Positions 19,759-27,830 of a stretch of 32,189 bases of DNA are shown here, piece after piece (position 1 is the stretch's first letter; every line of letters begins with the position of its first letter). The notes below the pieces were generated by a model. It ran no database searches, was not told where the DNA came from, and was given only the letters and a program-made list of their open reading frames with translations. Source of the DNA: Candidatus Limnocylindria bacterium (GTDB lineage Bacteria; Chloroflexota; Limnocylindria; P2-11E); contig DATEDV010000277.1 of assembly GCA_035281485.1 (NCBI GenBank), positions 1-32,189 of the forward strand. Direction: 5' to 3'. The translations under genes were made by a program, and so were the position numbers.

Positions 19759-21359
19759 CCGCCGAAGGCCGGCGCGCCCTCGCGCACGTCGTCGGTGCTG
19801 GGGCGCGGAGTGTGCCCACGCAGCGGCACCTCCTTCAGGAACAGGGACACCACGATCGCGATGCTCACGACCGCCGCGGCGTAGACGAACACGTCGTGGA
19901 GCGAGAGCGCGAGCGCGGTCCTGATCGCGTCGAGCACCTGATCGAAGAGCGGCTGCGCCTGCGGCGGCAGCGAGGCGCGCGTCGTGGCGATCCGCGCGGG
20001 ATCGAAGATGGCCTGGGCGTTCCCGCCGGTTGGCAGCGCGGCCGAGACCTGAGGCGGCAGACTGAGCGCCGCGACCTGCGCGCGGATCCGCTCGGGCAGC
20101 TGGTGCGACACCACCGCGCCGAGGATCGCCACGCCGATCGTGCCCCCGATGTTCCGCCAGAACTGGATCTGGCTGGACGCGACACCGAGATAGCGCTGCG
20201 GCAGCGCGCTCTGGGTCGCATTGAGGTACAGCGGCATCGCGACGCCCATGCCGATGCCGACGAGGATGAGCGCGCGCACGACGTCCGTCTCGGGAGTGCC
20301 GACGGTGACCTGCGCCAGGGCAAGCAGCCCCGCGACCATCACGATGAGCCCGATCGTGCCCAGGTAGCGGTAGCGGGTGATGCGGAGCATGAGCTGACCG
20401 GTCACGATGCTCGCGCCGATCAGCCCGAGCATCATCGGGGTCGCGAGAAGGCCCGAGTCCGTCGCGCCGACGCCGAGCACGCCCTGGTAGACGAGGCCGA
20501 TGTACACGATCGCGCCGAACATGCCGAACGCGGTGAAGAAGCCGGCGACGGTCGAGACCGCGAACGTCACGTTCTTGAACAGCGCGAACGGCACGATCGG
20601 ATGCGCCACGCGCTGCTCGACGATGAAGAACAGGACCCCCATCACCGCGGCGGCGCCCAGCAGGCCGACGACCTCGGGCGACGTGAACTCGTGATCGCGC
20701 GTGATCGAGAAGCCGACGAGGAGCGGGATGAGCGTCGCGGCCAGAAGACCCGCGCCGAGGAAGTCGATGTCCCGCAGGGACGCGGTGTGGCGCGTCCGCG
20801 GCATCGTGAGGAGGACGACGGCGATCGCGAGGATGCCCACCGGGACGTTGACGTAGAAGATCCAGCGCCAGCCGACGTTGTCCGTGAGGTATCCGCCGAC
20901 CGTGGGGCCGACGACCGACGCGAGGCCAAAGATGGCGCCAAAGACGCCCTGGATACGCGCGCGGGTCTGCGGGGGGAAGAGATCCGCCAGAGAGGCGAAG
21001 ACGCTCGCGAACAGCACGCCGCCGAAGAGCCCCTGGATCCCTCGGAACGCGATGAGCTCGGTCATGTCGCGCGCCTGGCCGCAGAGCGCCGACGCGAGCA
21101 CGAAGCCGGCCATGCCCACGAGCAGGAACGGCTTGCGCCCGAAAAGATCGCCGAGCTTTCCGGCGATCGGGACCGTCGTCGTCGACGCGACCATGTACGC
21201 CGTCGCGACCCAGGCGAAGTACTCGAGACCGTTGAGGTCGGCGACGATACGCGGAAGAGCGGTACCCACGATCGTCTGGTCCAGAGCCGCGAGGAACAGC
21301 GCGAGACCGACCCCGACCGAGGCGAGGATGCGCGCGGTGCGATCCAGCTCAGCGGGCAT
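19755..21359 (-). CDS. MFS transporter, DHA2 (EmrB/QacA-like, 14-TMS) drug:H+ antiporter family
   Basis: 534 aa and many TM segments. N-terminal LDQTIVGTALPRI and motif A-like GKLGDLFGRK. It is coupled to the upstream MarR gene (11-nt overlap). Confidence 0.9.
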   Translation of the reverse strand: MPAELDRTARILASVGVGLALFLAALDQTIVGTALPRIVADLNGLEYFAWVATAYMVASTTTVPIAGKLGDLFGRKPFLLVGMAGFVLASALCGQARDMTELIAFRGIQGLFGGVLFASVFASLADLFPPQTRARIQGVFGAIFGLASVVGPTVGGYLTDNVGWRWIFYVNVPVGILAIAVVLLTMPRTRHTASLRDIDFLGAGLLAATLIPLLVGFSITRDHEFTSPEVVGLLGAAAVMGVLFFIVEQRVAHPIVPFALFKNVTFAVSTVAGFFTAFGMFGAIVYIGLVYQGVLGVGATDSGLLATPMMLGLIGASIVTGQLMLRITRYRYLGTIGLIVMVAGLLALAQVTVGTPETDVVRALILVGIGMGVAMPLYLNATQSALPQRYLGVASSQIQFWRNIGGTIGVAILGAVVSHQLPERIRAQVAALSLPPQVSAALPTGGNAQAIFDPARIATTRASLPPQAQPLFDQVLDAIRTALALSLHDVFVYAAAVVSIAIVVSLFLKEVPLRGHTPRPSTDDVREGAPAFGG

Positions 21360-21888
21360 CGGCGCTCTCCTTTCGCGATCTCCGGCGCAGCGTGCGCCGC
21401 GAACGTGAAGGACCGATGAAGCTCCGGCGCAGGATCGCCGGAGAGGTCGCGGCCGCGTCGAACGCGACGTTGAGATCGGTGAGCGCCGCGCGCAGACGGC
21501 GCCGCTGCGGCGGCGTGAGGCTCTGAAGCACCTTCACCAGCGCGGTGGACGCCGCGAGCTCGTAGCGCTCCCGGACGCGCCGGCCCTCCGCGGTGAGGGC
21601 AAGAACGACCGCGCGCCGATCGTCTGGATCCGATTCGCGCTTCACGAGGCCGTCGTGCACGAGTCCCTCGACGAGCTCGGTCACGGCGGGGGCGCCGAGA
21701 CGCAGGCGCTGCGCGACCAGACCGGCGCGCAGCGACCGGTCCCCGAGGACCCAGAGGAGCTTTCCGCGCTCCGGCGACGCCATGCCACACCGCTGAGCGG
21801 CGTCCCACGCGACGCGCCCGAAGCGGGGGAGGATCGCCAGCACGGCGCGAGCAAGCCTGAGGTCGTCGCCGGACGCTATTTTCGTCAC
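21349..21888 (-). CDS. MarR-family transcriptional regulator
   Basis: Winged-helix core (LWVLGDRSLRAGLVAQRLRLGAPAVTELVEGLVHDGLVKRESDPDDRRAVVLALTAEG). GTG start at 21888. It overlaps the start of the MFS gene. Confidence 0.88.
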   Translation of the reverse strand: MTKIASGDDLRLARAVLAILPRFGRVAWDAAQRCGMASPERGKLLWVLGDRSLRAGLVAQRLRLGAPAVTELVEGLVHDGLVKRESDPDDRRAVVLALTAEGRRVRERYELAASTALVKVLQSLTPPQRRRLRAALTDLNVAFDAAATSPAILRRSFIGPSRSRRTLRRRSRKESADAR

Positions 21889-21893
21889 CGTTC

Positions 21894-21924
21894 CTTCGGT
21901 CCCTGAATAGTTCGGAGACCGAAG
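21894..21924. promoter_or_regulatory. Inverted repeat, candidate MarR operator
   Basis: CTTCGGTC (21894-21901) and GACCGAAG (21917-21924) are perfect 8-bp inverted arms separated by 15 bp. They lie in the 51-bp gap upstream of marR, next to a TATATA element (21925-21930). Confidence 0.4.
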
Positions 21925-21939
21925 TATATAGGCGTGCCG

Positions 21940-22236
21940 CTAGCCTCCGGCCGACTCCACGGCTGGCTGTTCGAGGTCGGCCGAGAAGAACGTCCGGCCG
22001 CCGCACGTCGCGCAGACCGCCGGAGCGGCCGCGCCGTGGGTGATGGTGCCGCACGCCTCGCAGCGGAAGTGCTGCTGTCCGCCGGTCGCCGGGATCACGG
22101 CAGGTGACTGTGCGAGCAGCTGCCGGATCTTCCCGAGCTCGCGCGCGACGGCGAGCGGCTCCGTTCCCGCGCCGGACTGATCGGCTTCGATGAGCTGCTG
22201 GGTGAGCGCGTCGAGGCGGCGCAGCGCGTCTTGCAT
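21940..22236 (-). CDS. Small hypothetical protein with C-terminal CxxC...CxxC zinc-ribbon
   Basis: 98-aa ORF. The ATG is preceded by GGGAGG at a 6-nt spacing. FRCEACG and VCATCGG cysteine pairs follow an N-terminal helical segment. Confidence 0.55.
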   Translation of the reverse strand: MQDALRRLDALTQQLIEADQSGAGTEPLAVARELGKIRQLLAQSPAVIPATGGQQHFRCEACGTITHGAAAPAVCATCGGRTFFSADLEQPAVESAGG

Positions 22237-22348
22237 CGTTGACCTCCCCGGGAACCGTTAAAGAGGATACGTTTCCTGGTGCGCGCACGTGACACCGGCC
22301 GGGCCACTCGTTCTCACGGCAGCGGGTCGAGCGCCGTTCTAAAGTCGC

Positions 22349-23236
22349 GTGATGCCGTACCTCGTGTTCGTCGGTTGCTGCCTCATCTGGGGAAGCACGT
22401 TCCTCGCGATCCGGATCGGTAACGAGACGGTACCGCCGGTCTGGGCGGCGACGATCCGCCTGCTGCTGGCCGCCCCGCTGCTCGCGGGGCTCGTCCTCAT
22501 CACGCGCCAGCGCTTTCCGCGTGGAGCGGCGCTGCGCGGCGCGCTGCTCTTCGGCGTCTTCAATTTCGGCGCGAACCTCTCGCTCCTCTACTGGGGCGAG
22601 CGCGTCGTGCCAAGCGGCATCGCGGCCGTGCTGTACGCGACGGTCCCTCTCTCGACGGCCCTGATCGCGGCCGCGATGGGCGTCGAGCGTCTGGTCCCCC
22701 GCAAGCTCGTCGCGGCGCTCGTGGCCATCGTCGGGGTCGGCATCATCTTCGCCGGAGAGATCCGGCTCGACGTCCCCGTGGAGGGTCTCGTCGCGGTGTT
22801 CCTTGCTGCGACGGCAGCATCTCTCTCGAGCGTGTTCCTCAAACGCGCGCCGCAGCCCTCGGCGATCGCTGCGAACGCGGTGGGCGCGGCCGCCGGCGCG
22901 GTCGTCTGTGCGGTGGTGAGCTTCGTCCTGGGCGAGGATCACGCGCTACCCACGACGGTCGCCGCCTGGTGGCCGATCGTCTATCTGACGGTCGCGGGAT
23001 CGCTCGGGGCGTACGTGCTCTACACCTGGCTGGTCCAGCACTGGCCGGTCACGAACGCGAGCATGGTCGGCGTCGTCGTGCCGGTCATCGCGGTGATCCT
23101 CGGGGCGCTCGTCAAGCAGGAGCAGCGCGCGCCCGAGTCCTATGTCGGCGCCGCGGTCGTCCTCATCGCGGTGCTGGTCGCCCTCCAGCCGTGGGCTGGC
23201 ACTGGCTATGCGGGAAAGGCGGCGGTCGCCAAGTAA
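22349..23236 (+). CDS. EamA/DMT-family transporter
   Basis: Ten predicted TM segments in a two-repeat EamA architecture (LIWGSTFLAIRIG...). The start is GTG 22349 or ATG 22352. Confidence 0.85.
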   Translation: MMPYLVFVGCCLIWGSTFLAIRIGNETVPPVWAATIRLLLAAPLLAGLVLITRQRFPRGAALRGALLFGVFNFGANLSLLYWGERVVPSGIAAVLYATVPLSTALIAAAMGVERLVPRKLVAALVAIVGVGIIFAGEIRLDVPVEGLVAVFLAATAASLSSVFLKRAPQPSAIAANAVGAAAGAVVCAVVSFVLGEDHALPTTVAAWWPIVYLTVAGSLGAYVLYTWLVQHWPVTNASMVGVVVPVIAVILGALVKQEQRAPESYVGAAVVLIAVLVALQPWAGTGYAGKAAVAK

Positions 23237-23252
23237 GCGCGGGAGGACCGCC

Positions 23253-23861
23253 ATGCGCATCGATCTTGGAGCGAAGGTCCGGACCACCGACGGTCATCAC
23301 GCCGGACACATCAAGCAGGCGATCTGGGACGGGCGGCGCAACGAGATCATCGAATACGTCGTCAGCACCGGGGGACTGCTCAGCCACGACGCCATCGTGT
23401 CCGCCGAGATGCTGGGGACCGCGAAGGAGAACGGCGGGGAGGTCGTCCTCGGCATCACGAAGCACGAGCTCGACGAGCTCGCGCGTTTCGAGCCCGCCGC
23501 GTACACGACGCCGCCCACCGACTGGCTGGCGCCCGCGGCGTACAACTACCCGGCGGGCGGATACCTGTTCCCGGTGGTCGACAGCGATCCGTCTCGGATG
23601 GTCGAGGAGCCTCCGCGGAGCGACGATCTCGGACGCGGGATGAAGATCCGGCGCGGCATGAAGGTGCGCGACGCCGCCGGCGAGGTCGTCGGGGAGGTCA
23701 TCGAGCTTCGCGTCGACGACGAGACCGGCGAGCTTCGCGGCATCGTGGCCGAGCACGAGGGAACGCGCCTCGAGATCGACGCGGAGAACGTCGACCGCGT
23801 GGACGACGACGTTCGCCTGGCCGGCGCAGGGAGCGAGATCCGCGGTCGCACGAGGACGTAG
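23253..23861 (+). CDS. PRC-barrel-like domain protein (two modules)
   Basis: ATG 23253 is preceded by GGGAGGA. The N-terminal module (LGAKVRTTDGHHAGHIKQAIWD) and C-terminal module (GMKVRDAAGEVVGEVIELRVDDETGELRGIV) resemble PRC-barrel/DUF2171-type repeats. Confidence 0.65.
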   Translation: MRIDLGAKVRTTDGHHAGHIKQAIWDGRRNEIIEYVVSTGGLLSHDAIVSAEMLGTAKENGGEVVLGITKHELDELARFEPAAYTTPPTDWLAPAAYNYPAGGYLFPVVDSDPSRMVEEPPRSDDLGRGMKIRRGMKVRDAAGEVVGEVIELRVDDETGELRGIVAEHEGTRLEIDAENVDRVDDDVRLAGAGSEIRGRTRT

Positions 23862-23881
23862 CGAGGGACAAGGAGGACGCC

Positions 23882-24286
23882 ATGGCTCAGCTCACCGAGA
23901 CGGGGCGAAAGCACATCGCCCGGAAGAACTTCGCATACGTCGACAAGGAAGGCGGAGAGCATCTCCCGATCCACGACGACGAGCACGTGCGCAACGCGAT
24001 CGCCCGCTTCAACCAGACCAAGTTCGAGAGCGTCGAGGCGAAGGAGAAGGCGCGCCGCAAGGTGCTCGCCGCCGCGAAGCGGTTCGGCGTGGACGTCTCC
24101 GACGACGCCGAGGTCGCCAAGCGCGCCGACTCGCTGAAGCGCATCCGCACCAAGAGCGGGATGCGCGGCGGCAAGAGGGTCGTCCGCCGCGCGCGCCCGG
24201 CCGCGCGTGCCCGGACCACCGCGCGGCGCGGCGGCACGAAGCGGAGCGCCAGGAAGGGGACGGCGACCCGCCGAGCGCGACGCTAG
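23882..24286 (+). CDS. Hypothetical protein with conserved N-domain and Arg/Lys-rich C-terminal tail
   Basis: Strong RBS (AAGGAGG) 6 nt before the ATG. The N-terminal 75 aa look globular (FAYVDKEGGEHLPIHDDEHVRNAIARFNQTKF). The C-terminal 45 aa are about 45% Arg/Lys. Confidence 0.65.
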   Translation: MAQLTETGRKHIARKNFAYVDKEGGEHLPIHDDEHVRNAIARFNQTKFESVEAKEKARRKVLAAAKRFGVDVSDDAEVAKRADSLKRIRTKSGMRGGKRVVRRARPAARARTTARRGGTKRSARKGTATRRARR

Positions 24287-24308
24287 CCACGCGCGATGAT
24301 GACGCGCG

Positions 24309-25742
24309 GTGACCGGACTGGAGGCGCCTGACTACTGGCTCGCGCGCCTGCTGTTGCAGCGCACGCTCGCGGCGATCTACCTGGTCGCTTTCCTCGTCGC
24401 GCTTCAGCAGTTCAGACCGCTGCTGGGCGAGCGCGGCCTCCTGCCGGTGACGGACTACGTCCGCGCGGTGCCGTTCAGGCGGTCGCCCAGCCTGTTCCAC
24501 CTCCGCTACTCCGATCGTCTCCTCGTTGCCGTCGCGTTGGCGGGGATCGCGCTCGCGGCGGCGGCGCTGCTCGGGCTGCCCGACACGTGGCCGATCCCGC
24601 TCACGATGCTGCTCTGGACGACGCTCTGGGCGCTGTACCTCTCGATCGTGAACGTCGGGCAGACCTTCTACTCCTTCGGCTGGGAGACGCTGCTCCTCGA
24701 GACGGGCTTCCTCGCGATCTTTCTCGGGCCGGCGTGGACCGCGCCTCCGCTCCTGCTCATCTGGCTCTTCCGCTGGCTGCTCTTCCGGGTGGAGTTCGGC
24801 GCCGGCATGATCAAGATCCGCGGCGACCGGTGCTGGCGCGACCTCACGTGCCTCTACTACCACCACGAGACGCAGCCCATGCCGAATCCCCTCTCGTGGT
24901 ACTTCCACCACCTTCCGAAGCCGCTGCATCGCGCGGAGGTCATCGGCAACCACTTCGCGCAGCTGGTCGTTCCCTTCCTGCTCTTCTTTCCTCAGCCGAT
25001 CGCGACGCTCGCCGGACTGGTGATCCTCGGCACGCAGAGCTGGCTCCTCATCAGCGGCAACTTCTCGTGGCTCAACGTCGTCACGATGACGCTGGCGATC
25101 GCGAGCCTCGATGACGCGGCGCTCATGCGCGTTCTGCCCATCGCGCGGCCCGAGCTCGTCGGCGAGCCGTGGCATCAGTGGCTGGTCGTCGGCGTCGCCA
25201 TCGTCGTCGCCCTGCTCAGCTACCGGCCCGCGCGCAATCTGCTCTCACGGCGGCAGCTCATGAACACGAGCTTCGACCCGCTGCACCTGGTCAACACGTA
25301 CGGCGCTTTCGGATCCATCACGAAGGAGCGCTACGAGATCGTCATCGAGGGCACCGACGAGGCAGTGCTCACGCCCCACACCGCCTGGCGCGAGTACGAA
25401 TTCAAGGCCAAACCTGGCGACGTCAGACGGCGTCCGCCTCAGTACGCGCCCTACCACCTGCGTCTCGACTGGCTCATGTGGTTCGCCGCGATGTCGTCAC
25501 CCATGTACCACGAGTGGTTCGTGCCTCTGGTGGTGAAGCTGCTGGAGGCGGACCGCGCGACGCTTCGACTCCTGCGGTCCGATCCGTTCGCCGGAGCGCG
25601 GCCGCGCTTCGTCCGCGCGACGCTGTACCTGTACCGCTTCACGACGTCGCGCGAGCGCCGGGAGACAGGCGCCTGGTGGACGCGGTCGCGCGTGGACGAG
25701 TACCTCCAGCCGGTCGGGCTGCGCGCGGCACGGGCGGCGTAG
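24309..25742 (+). CDS. Lipase maturation factor (LMF1)-family membrane protein
   Basis: 477-aa polytopic protein. It resembles the LMF family as I recall it (YWLARLLLQR..., LLGERGLLPV, YYHHETQPMPNPLSWYFHHLP, WREYEFKAKPGD, YAPYHLRLDWLMWFAAM). Confidence 0.8.
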   Translation: MTGLEAPDYWLARLLLQRTLAAIYLVAFLVALQQFRPLLGERGLLPVTDYVRAVPFRRSPSLFHLRYSDRLLVAVALAGIALAAAALLGLPDTWPIPLTMLLWTTLWALYLSIVNVGQTFYSFGWETLLLETGFLAIFLGPAWTAPPLLLIWLFRWLLFRVEFGAGMIKIRGDRCWRDLTCLYYHHETQPMPNPLSWYFHHLPKPLHRAEVIGNHFAQLVVPFLLFFPQPIATLAGLVILGTQSWLLISGNFSWLNVVTMTLAIASLDDAALMRVLPIARPELVGEPWHQWLVVGVAIVVALLSYRPARNLLSRRQLMNTSFDPLHLVNTYGAFGSITKERYEIVIEGTDEAVLTPHTAWREYEFKAKPGDVRRRPPQYAPYHLRLDWLMWFAAMSSPMYHEWFVPLVVKLLEADRATLRLLRSDPFAGARPRFVRATLYLYRFTTSRERRETGAWWTRSRVDEYLQPVGLRAARAA

Positions 25743-25757
25743 CGGCGCGCTCGACCC

Positions 25758-26678
25758 CTACGCGCGCGGCGTCGTCAACGTCCGATCGATCCAGGCGATC
25801 GTGTCCGCGACGACGGTCGCCGCGTCGGGCTCGTTGTGCATCTCGTGTCGCAGGCCGGGGTACACGCGGCGGGTCACGCCCGCCAGGCGCTCGAGCGGCG
25901 CGCTGGCCGCGAGCGGCACGATCGCGTTATCGGCGCCGTGGAACACGTAGGTCGGTATCGGAATGGTCGGCCGGTTCGCGAGACGTGTCCGTAGGCGCGC
26001 CTGTTCGGCGAAGAGCTCCATCCCGAAGCGCGCCGTCGTGCGATGTACGTTCAGCGGATCCGCGCGGTAGTCGATCTCGACCTGTGGATCGTGCGACAGC
26101 GCGCCCGGCGGCAGCTGGTTCGGGACGGCGAGGCGCGGCGCGAGATGCCCGAGGACCACGGCGAGCGCGCGCTTCCAGCGCGGCACGGACGCCGCGATGG
26201 CGGGCGCCGACAGGACGAGCAGATCGGGCGGCGGGCGCGGAGTGTCGGACAGGACGTAGCCGAGGGCGATGAGACCGCCCATCGAGTGGCCGTAGAGAAT
26301 GACCGGGCGACCGTCGGCGGTGGCGCGCACCGCGCCGAGCTGGTCCTCGACATCATCGTGCTGCTCGGACCAGCGGCCGACATACGCACGTGGCCCGTCG
26401 GACGAGCCGAACCCGCGCAGGTCGTAGGCGTGCGTCTCGATCCCGGCTGCTGCGAGCGCGGACGCCACGCTGGTGTGGCGGCCGGCATGCTCCGCGATGC
26501 CGTGGACAAAGAGGGCATACGCCCGCGGGACGCCCTGTCCCGCCCAGTGCAGTGTGCGAAGCGTTCGTCCGTCTCGCGCCTGTGCCGTGCTGACGATCGG
26601 TCCGGTCGACGCAGGGGCCACGACCGAGAGAGTACGTGGGGTCGCGATCGACGGAATCGACCCGCGGCGGCCGCGCAA
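25758..26678 (-). CDS. Alpha/beta hydrolase, lysophospholipase / monoacylglycerol-lipase-like
   Basis: HG oxyanion motif (LFVHGIAEHAGRH) and nucleophile elbow GHSMGG, with C-terminal Asp/His regions (HGADNAIV, GLRHEMHNE). The 5' end is uncertain: TTG 26678 or GTG about 26621. Confidence 0.85.
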   Translation of the reverse strand: MRGRRGSIPSIATPRTLSVVAPASTGPIVSTAQARDGRTLRTLHWAGQGVPRAYALFVHGIAEHAGRHTSVASALAAAGIETHAYDLRGFGSSDGPRAYVGRWSEQHDDVEDQLGAVRATADGRPVILYGHSMGGLIALGYVLSDTPRPPPDLLVLSAPAIAASVPRWKRALAVVLGHLAPRLAVPNQLPPGALSHDPQVEIDYRADPLNVHRTTARFGMELFAEQARLRTRLANRPTIPIPTYVFHGADNAIVPLAASAPLERLAGVTRRVYPGLRHEMHNEPDAATVVADTIAWIDRTLTTPRA

Positions 26679-26697
26679 CAGCGCGCAGCCCTCACTG

Positions 26698-27048
26698 TGG
26701 AGATGGGGGAGGGTCGAACTCCCCGTCCAAGGCCGTTGACCTGAGTGCTTCTACGAGCGTAGTCGGCGTTTTGTTGTCTCGGAGAGCCCAGCGCGCACCG
26801 ACGCGCTCTTGGCTCTCCCAGGCCGGGAGTCTTGTTTCCGCCTACCGGCCGATCGACGGACCGCACCTCCGCTTCTTTCGCCCTTCCCGGCCCGCGGAGG
26901 GGAGACCGGGAGGACGCTCACTGACTAGGCAGCGAGTGCGTAAGAAGTGTTGCCAGTTGTCTGGCTACCGTTCGGATTAACGAGGAGGAACGGAATTCCT
27001 CGGCTCGCGACGCTCACGTCGCCTGCCCTGTCGAAACCACGCATCCCC
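26698..27048 (-). ncRNA. ssrA: tmRNA (transfer-messenger RNA)
   Basis: Minus-strand 5' end is GGGGATGCGTGGTTTCGACAGGG. The 3' end is GGACGGGGAGTTCGACCCTCCCCCATCTCCA (T arm plus acceptor, G3:U70). An internal tag frame ends ...AAC ACT TCT TAC GCA CTC GCT GCC TAG (NTSYALAA stop, plus coordinates 26925-26951). Confidence 0.93.
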
Positions 27049-27073
27049 GTGCGCCTTTCTTCAGGCACCATCA

Positions 27074-27079
27074 ATTCTA
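27074..27079 (-). promoter_or_regulatory. Possible -10 element (TAGAAT) for ssrA
   Basis: The reverse complement of ATTCTA is TAGAAT. It lies 25 nt upstream of the mature tmRNA 5' end, consistent with a short RNase P-processed leader. No convincing -35 was found. Confidence 0.3.
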
Positions 27080-27082
27080 ACG

Positions 27083-27829
27083 TTGCTGCGTGCCTGTTTC
27101 TTCCTCGCGCTCCTGCTCACCGCCGCGTGCTCGGGACCCCCGTCCCGCGCCGGTACCCCCACGCCCGCGGCCCCGACCCCGTCCACACTGGCGTCCGTGA
27201 CCCCCAGCCTCGTGCCCGCGGGCACGGTCCGCTACGTGGCCATCGGCGCCTCCGACACGGTCGGCGTCGGCGCGAGCGATCCGACGACCGGCTCGTGGCC
27301 CGCGCGCGTCGCGAAGCTGCTGCCGCCGGGCAGCGCCTTCGTGAACGTCGGCGTGTCGGGGTCCATCGCGATGCAGGCGCGCGCCGCGCAGCTCCCCGGC
27401 GCGATCGCGCAGCGGCCCACCGTCGTGTCGATCTGGCTCGCGGTGAACGACATGAACGCCACGATCGAGCCGGCGTCGTTCGCGAGCGACCTGGGTGCGA
27501 TCGTCGACACGCTCGTCGCGCGGACCGACGCGAAGATCTTCGTCGGCAATGTTCCGGACGTGCGCTCGGTGCCGGCGTATGCGGAAGCGGACAAGGCCGC
27601 GCTCTTCCGGCTCATCGGCGCGTACAACACGGTCATCGCCGGCATCGTCGCGAAGCATCCGGGCCGCGTGTTCGCCGTCGATCTCTTCACCGGCAGCGCG
27701 GACCTCGTGAGCACGATCACCGTGTCGTCCGACGGCTTCCATCCGTCGGACGCGGGTTACCAGCTGATCGCGGACCGCTTCATCGAGGCGATGAAGGCGA
27801 ACGGGGTGCCGCTCACCGGAGTTCGGTGA
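27083..27829 (+). CDS. SGNH/GDSL-family hydrolase lipoprotein
   Basis: Lipobox (LLLTAAC) after a hydrophobic signal. Block I GDSL-like IGASDTVG, and block V DGFHPS near the C-terminus. TTG start. Confidence 0.85.
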   Translation: MLRACFFLALLLTAACSGPPSRAGTPTPAAPTPSTLASVTPSLVPAGTVRYVAIGASDTVGVGASDPTTGSWPARVAKLLPPGSAFVNVGVSGSIAMQARAAQLPGAIAQRPTVVSIWLAVNDMNATIEPASFASDLGAIVDTLVARTDAKIFVGNVPDVRSVPAYAEADKAALFRLIGAYNTVIAGIVAKHPGRVFAVDLFTGSADLVSTITVSSDGFHPSDAGYQLIADRFIEAMKANGVPLTGVR

Positions 27830-27830
27830 G

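Noticed and set aside
19239-21419. 726-aa plus-strand ORF overlapping smpB, the MFS pump and marR
   Set aside because: It has extreme Arg/Asp/Glu/His composition and no domains. It overlaps three genes with clear family signatures in other frames or strands.
21062-22942. 626-aa minus-strand ORF spanning MFS, MarR, Zn-ribbon and EamA regions
   Set aside because: It is an Arg/Pro/Ala-rich low-complexity translation. It crosses intergenic regions and real genes on both strands. It is a shadow ORF.
26679-26720. tmRNA 3' end as an integration hotspot, with a genomic island downstream
   Set aside because: No integrase or recombinase gene is present. I could not find a direct repeat of the tmRNA 3' end elsewhere in the window. 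There is no obvious compositional break.
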